DNA of 63,052 nucleotides, filler included, from It is 7 parts of 7 records of this genome, joined end to end, with 100 filler letters (N's around TTAATTAATTAA, not from the genome) between each part and the next. Parts side by side here need not be neighbours in the genome. Positions count along the whole stretch, not along the records: positions 57,436 to 63,052 come from SRR31156797_22931; 6 more parts are not named here. One strand, 5' to 3'. Shown piece by piece: positions 59,462 to 63,052 of this stretch (position 1 is its first letter; each line of letters starts with the position of its first letter). The notes under the pieces were generated by a model. It saw only the letters and a program-made list of their open reading frames with translations, ran no database searches and was not told where the DNA came from. The position numbers and the translations under genes were made by a program.

Positions 59462-60025
59462 CTATAGCTTTACTTCCTTTGAAGTATCATATACTAACTC
59501 ATAGTATTGATTATTATTAAACTCAAACTCTTGAATTACTTCTAAACCTAACTTTCTAGTATGAGCTTCATAAGACCTTGGATTTATTTTATTTATAAAC
59601 GTTACTAAAATAGGAAATCTTTTTGCCATATGTACTCTAGCATACTCAAAAATTCTTTCTAGTACTTGTTTTCCTCTTACAGTTTTATCTATACATACAG
59701 GTCCATATTGATATGAGTTTTCTACACTTAATGTTTGACCTAAATAGTTCAGTTTAGGTAACTCTTCAATCATAAATTTAAACATAGGCCAAGAAGACCA
59801 AAACTGCCAAGAAGCACACATCACATAAGCTACAACTTTATCATCAAGCTTTGCAATAAAGAGACCTTGTTCTTTTTCAATCAAACTTGTAAGTTGTTCT
59901 TTTGTAAATGGTGTTGTAACAAAACCATCTTTTTTGTCTTCTTCTTTAATAGAGTCAACTTGATATTTATAATGTAATTCTAAAACATCATCTATATCAC
60001 TTAGTTCTGCAACTTTTAATAACAT
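59462..60025 (-). CDS. GNAT-family acetyltransferase
   Basis: YQYGPVCIDK.VRG, TFINKINPRS..AH..KLG. Confidence 0.8.
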   Translation of the reverse strand: MLLKVAELSDIDDVLELHYKYQVDSIKEEDKKDGFVTTPFTKEQLTSLIEKEQGLFIAKLDDKVVAYVMCASWQFWSSWPMFKFMIEELPKLNYLGQTLSVENSYQYGPVCIDKTVRGKQVLERIFEYARVHMAKRFPILVTFINKINPRSYEAHTRKLGLEVIQEFEFNNNQYYELVYDTSKEVKL

Positions 60026-60097
60026 ATTATCTTCTCCTTTTTGGATTTGAGACTAGTTTAACTAAAAAAGTAAATTAGCACAATCCAGAAATTGCTT

Positions 60098-60730
60098 TTA
60101 TTCAACTTCACAAATATCAATTGCAAGTCGTAAAAAAGCAGTTAAACAAATATTCTCTTCGTATAAGTTTTTAGGTACATTTTTTTTAATCTCATCTAAG
60201 GCCTTTTTAAAACCTTTATAAAACTCAAAACTAGGTTTTGGTTTGTATTTTAAATCTTTTAGTTCTAAATAGTTTATTATATTTTTTGCCGTTGTAGGTT
60301 TTATAAAATACTCTTTTTTTCTATTCATATAATATGGCACCAATGACACTAAAGTCCATTTTGCAAGACTATATTCACTAAGTATTTCTACAAAAGAGTC
60401 ATAGCCATCTTTTTTATTACCATGCAATAAATCATATAAAGCAATACTAAACATATCTTTTTGGTACATTCCCATATCTTTTATTGCATCTTTTAATTTC
60501 ATCTTGTCATAAAAAGAGACAACTACAGATTTTGAGACTATTTTAATAAAATTTTCACAGACTATTTCTGGTTGAGAGAAGTTGTCTTTATGAAAATACT
60601 GTTTTGAAAGCTCTTCTAGTTTTGAAGGATTAAATTTTTTCATAAGTTTTAAAAGTCTTTCATCCTCAAAAGCCTTTGGATACTCTTCAAAAAACTCTGC
60701 TTCTAAATCTTTTAATTTTTCTATATTCAT
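60098..60730 (-). CDS. hypothetical protein
   Basis: 210-aa ORF with host-like codon usage; no family recognised. Confidence 0.7.
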   Translation of the reverse strand: MNIEKLKDLEAEFFEEYPKAFEDERLLKLMKKFNPSKLEELSKQYFHKDNFSQPEIVCENFIKIVSKSVVVSFYDKMKLKDAIKDMGMYQKDMFSIALYDLLHGNKKDGYDSFVEILSEYSLAKWTLVSLVPYYMNRKKEYFIKPTTAKNIINYLELKDLKYKPKPSFEFYKGFKKALDEIKKNVPKNLYEENICLTAFLRLAIDICEVE

Positions 60731-60851
60731 ATATTTTCCATAATATTTTTATTTACATAAACTTTGATTACTAAAGCTTTTGATACAATTGCGACATTAT
60801 AAATTCTATCAAATAATTTATAAAATATTTGATTTTCTAGGAGAAAATAGT

Positions 60852-61271
60852 ATGAGGACGTTAGAAAACTTTTTAGCTAGAGTTTTAAGTGATGATATGG
60901 GGAAACTAGTACTAAGATTAACTCTTGGTATTTTAATGCTTTTCCATGGAATAAGCAAACTTGAAAAAGGAATTGATGGTATTAAGTTTTTAGTTACAAA
61001 AAATGGTTTACCTGAGTTTTTAGCTTATGGTGTTTACCTTGGAGAATTAGTAGTTCCAATTTTATTAATCATTGGACTTTATACAAGAATCAGTAGTTTT
61101 ATATATGCAACAACAATGGCATTTGCTATCTATTTAGCTCATGCTTCATATATTTTAGGAACAAGTGCAAAAACAGGTGCTCTTTTAATTGAAACTCCAC
61201 TTCTATTTATGTTAGGAGCTGTTGCTTTAATGTTCTTAGGTGCTGGAAAAATCAGCGTAGACAAAAGATAA
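60852..61271 (+). CDS. DoxX family membrane protein
   Basis: Closely similar to 53242-53661; start at MRTLENF after AGGAGA SD. Confidence 0.85.
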   Translation: MRTLENFLARVLSDDMGKLVLRLTLGILMLFHGISKLEKGIDGIKFLVTKNGLPEFLAYGVYLGELVVPILLIIGLYTRISSFIYATTMAFAIYLAHASYILGTSAKTGALLIETPLLFMLGAVALMFLGAGKISVDKR

Positions 61272-61295
61272 TCTATATTAAAGTACCATTTTAAA

Positions 61296-61880
61296 CTAAA
61301 TGGTACTTTTAAAGTCAGGCATATTGTCAATCATCTGCTTATAACTACTGTTTGCTTTCAATGCTTTAATAACTATATCCAAAGGGTTTGAATAATAAAC
61401 TCCTAAATCAAACTCATTTTCATTTAATTCAAAGGCCAATTTCTCTTTTGGAGGAATAAATTGTGCATCAACTTCTTTTTTATTTCCCCTTGCATCTATT
61501 TTTAACCAACCAAACTTTTCTAAATAAACAGCATTTAATCCATGTAAAGAGAATAGATTTTCTTTATACTCTTCACATGAAAGTCTTTGATAACAAAAAG
61601 CCGTAGGAATACTATTTGCTCTTAATAGTGCAGCAAGTAAGTGAGCCTTTGCAAAACACCAACCAGTTTTTGATTCTAAAACTTCACTAGCCTTGCAAGT
61701 TACCTTATCAATCTTATAATCACCACTATGTTTAATCTCATCTCTTACATACTCAAAACAGTTTTTTACTATCTCTTCTTTTGAAGAAGTATTAGAGGAT
61801 AACTCTTGAGCTAAAGCCTTGATACTTTTATTTGTAAAGTCTATTATCTCACTCTCTTCTAAATAGTTTTTATATTGCAT
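61296..61880 (-). CDS. transglutaminase-like domain protein
   Basis: FEYVRDEI.HS.D, GWCFAKAHLLAALLRA..IP, HG.NAV...W..ID. Confidence 0.85.
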   Translation of the reverse strand: MQYKNYLEESEIIDFTNKSIKALAQELSSNTSSKEEIVKNCFEYVRDEIKHSGDYKIDKVTCKASEVLESKTGWCFAKAHLLAALLRANSIPTAFCYQRLSCEEYKENLFSLHGLNAVYLEKFGWLKIDARGNKKEVDAQFIPPKEKLAFELNENEFDLGVYYSNPLDIVIKALKANSSYKQMIDNMPDFKSTI

Positions 61881-63045
61881 TATTTATTCCTTTTATGGCT
61901 TTATCAAACTTTTTAAAACCTTCTTTTATCTCCTTTTTTGAGATATTTAATGAAGGTAAAAAACGAACAATATCTTTTCCTGACTTTAAAACTAAAAGCT
62001 TTTCATCTAAACATTTTTCAATTAAAACTGCTAGATTTTTTTCATCTTTTAGTTTTAATCCTAACATCAAACCTAAACCACTTTTAGACACAAATAACTC
62101 TTTGTTTTCATCAAAACACTTATCTAAATACTTTTGAAAATAGCAAACTCTTTTTTCTAGTTTTTTAGTTTTTTCTTCCTCTTCTAATACATTTAATACT
62201 TCTAAAGCAACACTTGTAGATAAAGGATTTCCACCAAAGGTTGAACCATGATCTCCTAAAGTAAAAACATTTTCTATCCCACTCATCATAAGACCAATTG
62301 GCAAACCACCTGCTAAACCTTTTGCTAAAGTTATTACATCAGGTTTTATTTCATAATAGTTTGAAGCTAAGAATTTTCCAGTTCTATATACACCACTTTG
62401 AACCTCATCAATTACTAGCAGTATCTTTTTTTCTTTCAACTCTTTTGCTAGTTTTTGTATCTGCTTTTTATCAAAGGCATTAATTCCACCCTCACCTTGA
62501 ATAAGTTCGAGCATAACTGCAACTGTATTTTTATCTATTTTATTTTTTATATCTTCAATATCTTTTGCATAAATAAACTCATCAGAAAAGGGACCAAAAC
62601 CTTTTTGCTTATCTTCTTGTGCTGTTGCTTTTAAGGTAGTTAATGTTCTTCCATGAAAGGAGTTATTTATAGTTATGATTTTATGGTTTTTAATCTTCTT
62701 TAAATAAGCATACTTTCTTACAAACTTTATAGCTGCTTCATTTGCTTCTGCTCCACTATTACAAAAGAAACATTTCATATTTTTATAAGTACTTAACTTT
62801 ACTACTTTTTTTGCACACTCTTCTTGAGCTTTTATTGGATAGATATTTGATAAATGTATTAGTTCTTTTGCTTGTTTGTTTATTGCTTTTATTAAACTCT
62901 TATTTCCATGACCTAAACTATTTACACCAATACCTGAAGTAAAATCTATATACTCATTATTGTACTTATCATATAACTTAGCACCTTTTCCTTTTTCAAA
63001 CTCTATATCTATTTGCTTATATACAGGGAATAAATATTTACTCAT
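61870..63045 (-). CDS. argD: acetylornithine aminotransferase (class III PLP)
   Basis: DFTSGIGVNSLGH, NSGAEANE, SFHGRT, ELIQGEGG, DEVQSG, LAKGL.GG, HGSTFGGNP. Confidence 0.88.
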   Translation of the reverse strand: MSKYLFPVYKQIDIEFEKGKGAKLYDKYNNEYIDFTSGIGVNSLGHGNKSLIKAINKQAKELIHLSNIYPIKAQEECAKKVVKLSTYKNMKCFFCNSGAEANEAAIKFVRKYAYLKKIKNHKIITINNSFHGRTLTTLKATAQEDKQKGFGPFSDEFIYAKDIEDIKNKIDKNTVAVMLELIQGEGGINAFDKKQIQKLAKELKEKKILLVIDEVQSGVYRTGKFLASNYYEIKPDVITLAKGLAGGLPIGLMMSGIENVFTLGDHGSTFGGNPLSTSVALEVLNVLEEEEKTKKLEKRVCYFQKYLDKCFDENKELFVSKSGLGLMLGLKLKDEKNLAVLIEKCLDEKLLVLKSGKDIVRFLPSLNISKKEIKEGFKKFDKAIKGINNAI

Positions 63046-63052
63046 CTTTAAA

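Noticed and set aside
53242-61271. DoxX duplication (53242-53661 and 60852-61271)
   Set aside because: The copies are on different contigs and may be orthologs from different genomes; a duplication cannot be claimed.
1-63052. CRISPR arrays, IS elements, rRNA; many short antisense ORFs in the track
   Set aside because: No regularly spaced repeats, transposases or rRNA-like sequence were seen by eye. The short ORFs nested in well-supported genes are shadows.

Overview
This window is not one locus. It is a concatenation of seven unrelated contigs joined by N-runs carrying a TTAATTAATTAA linker, so adjacency across linkers is meaningless. Lineage calls are inferred from protein style and promoter motifs. 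(1) 1-6189, low-GC diderm bacterium (Fusobacteriota-like): TrmB regulator, AAC(3)-family acetyltransferase, LacI regulator, LamB-like porin, GH13 lipoprotein. (2) 6290-19272, Bacteroidota: GntR, galM, acyl-CoA ligase and a T6SSiii block (tssH-tssB-tssC-ORF-3x tssD-vgrG-PAAR). (3) 19373-25462: PAS-GGDEF-EAL protein, Na/Pi cotransporter, AMMECR1 protein, Gfo/Idh/MocA oxidoreductase. (4) 25563-40157, Bacteroidota core genes (nusA, rimP, HD, lpxD, cysS, asnS, rpoN), an ECF sigma/anti-sigma/vWA module and tRNA-His. (5) 40258-49964, Bacteroidota susC/susD/lipoprotein, a duplicated 63-aa gene, trpA/trpB. (6) 50065-57335 and (7) 57436-63052, Arcobacter-like contigs. The strongest candidate for something new is a BLF1/CNF1-like LSGC...H glutamine deamidase gene embedded in the T6SSiii between tssC and three Hcp paralogs, with no adjacent immunity gene, suggesting an anti-eukaryotic T6SSiii effector. 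Other highlights: an unannotated ~190-nt sRNA in the maltodextrin locus, a ~180-nt long RNA hairpin upstream of the aac(3)-like gene, a terminator/antiterminator leader upstream of susC, and twin TGCAAC-N3-GTTGCA operators upstream of a foreign-looking DUF1826 gene.
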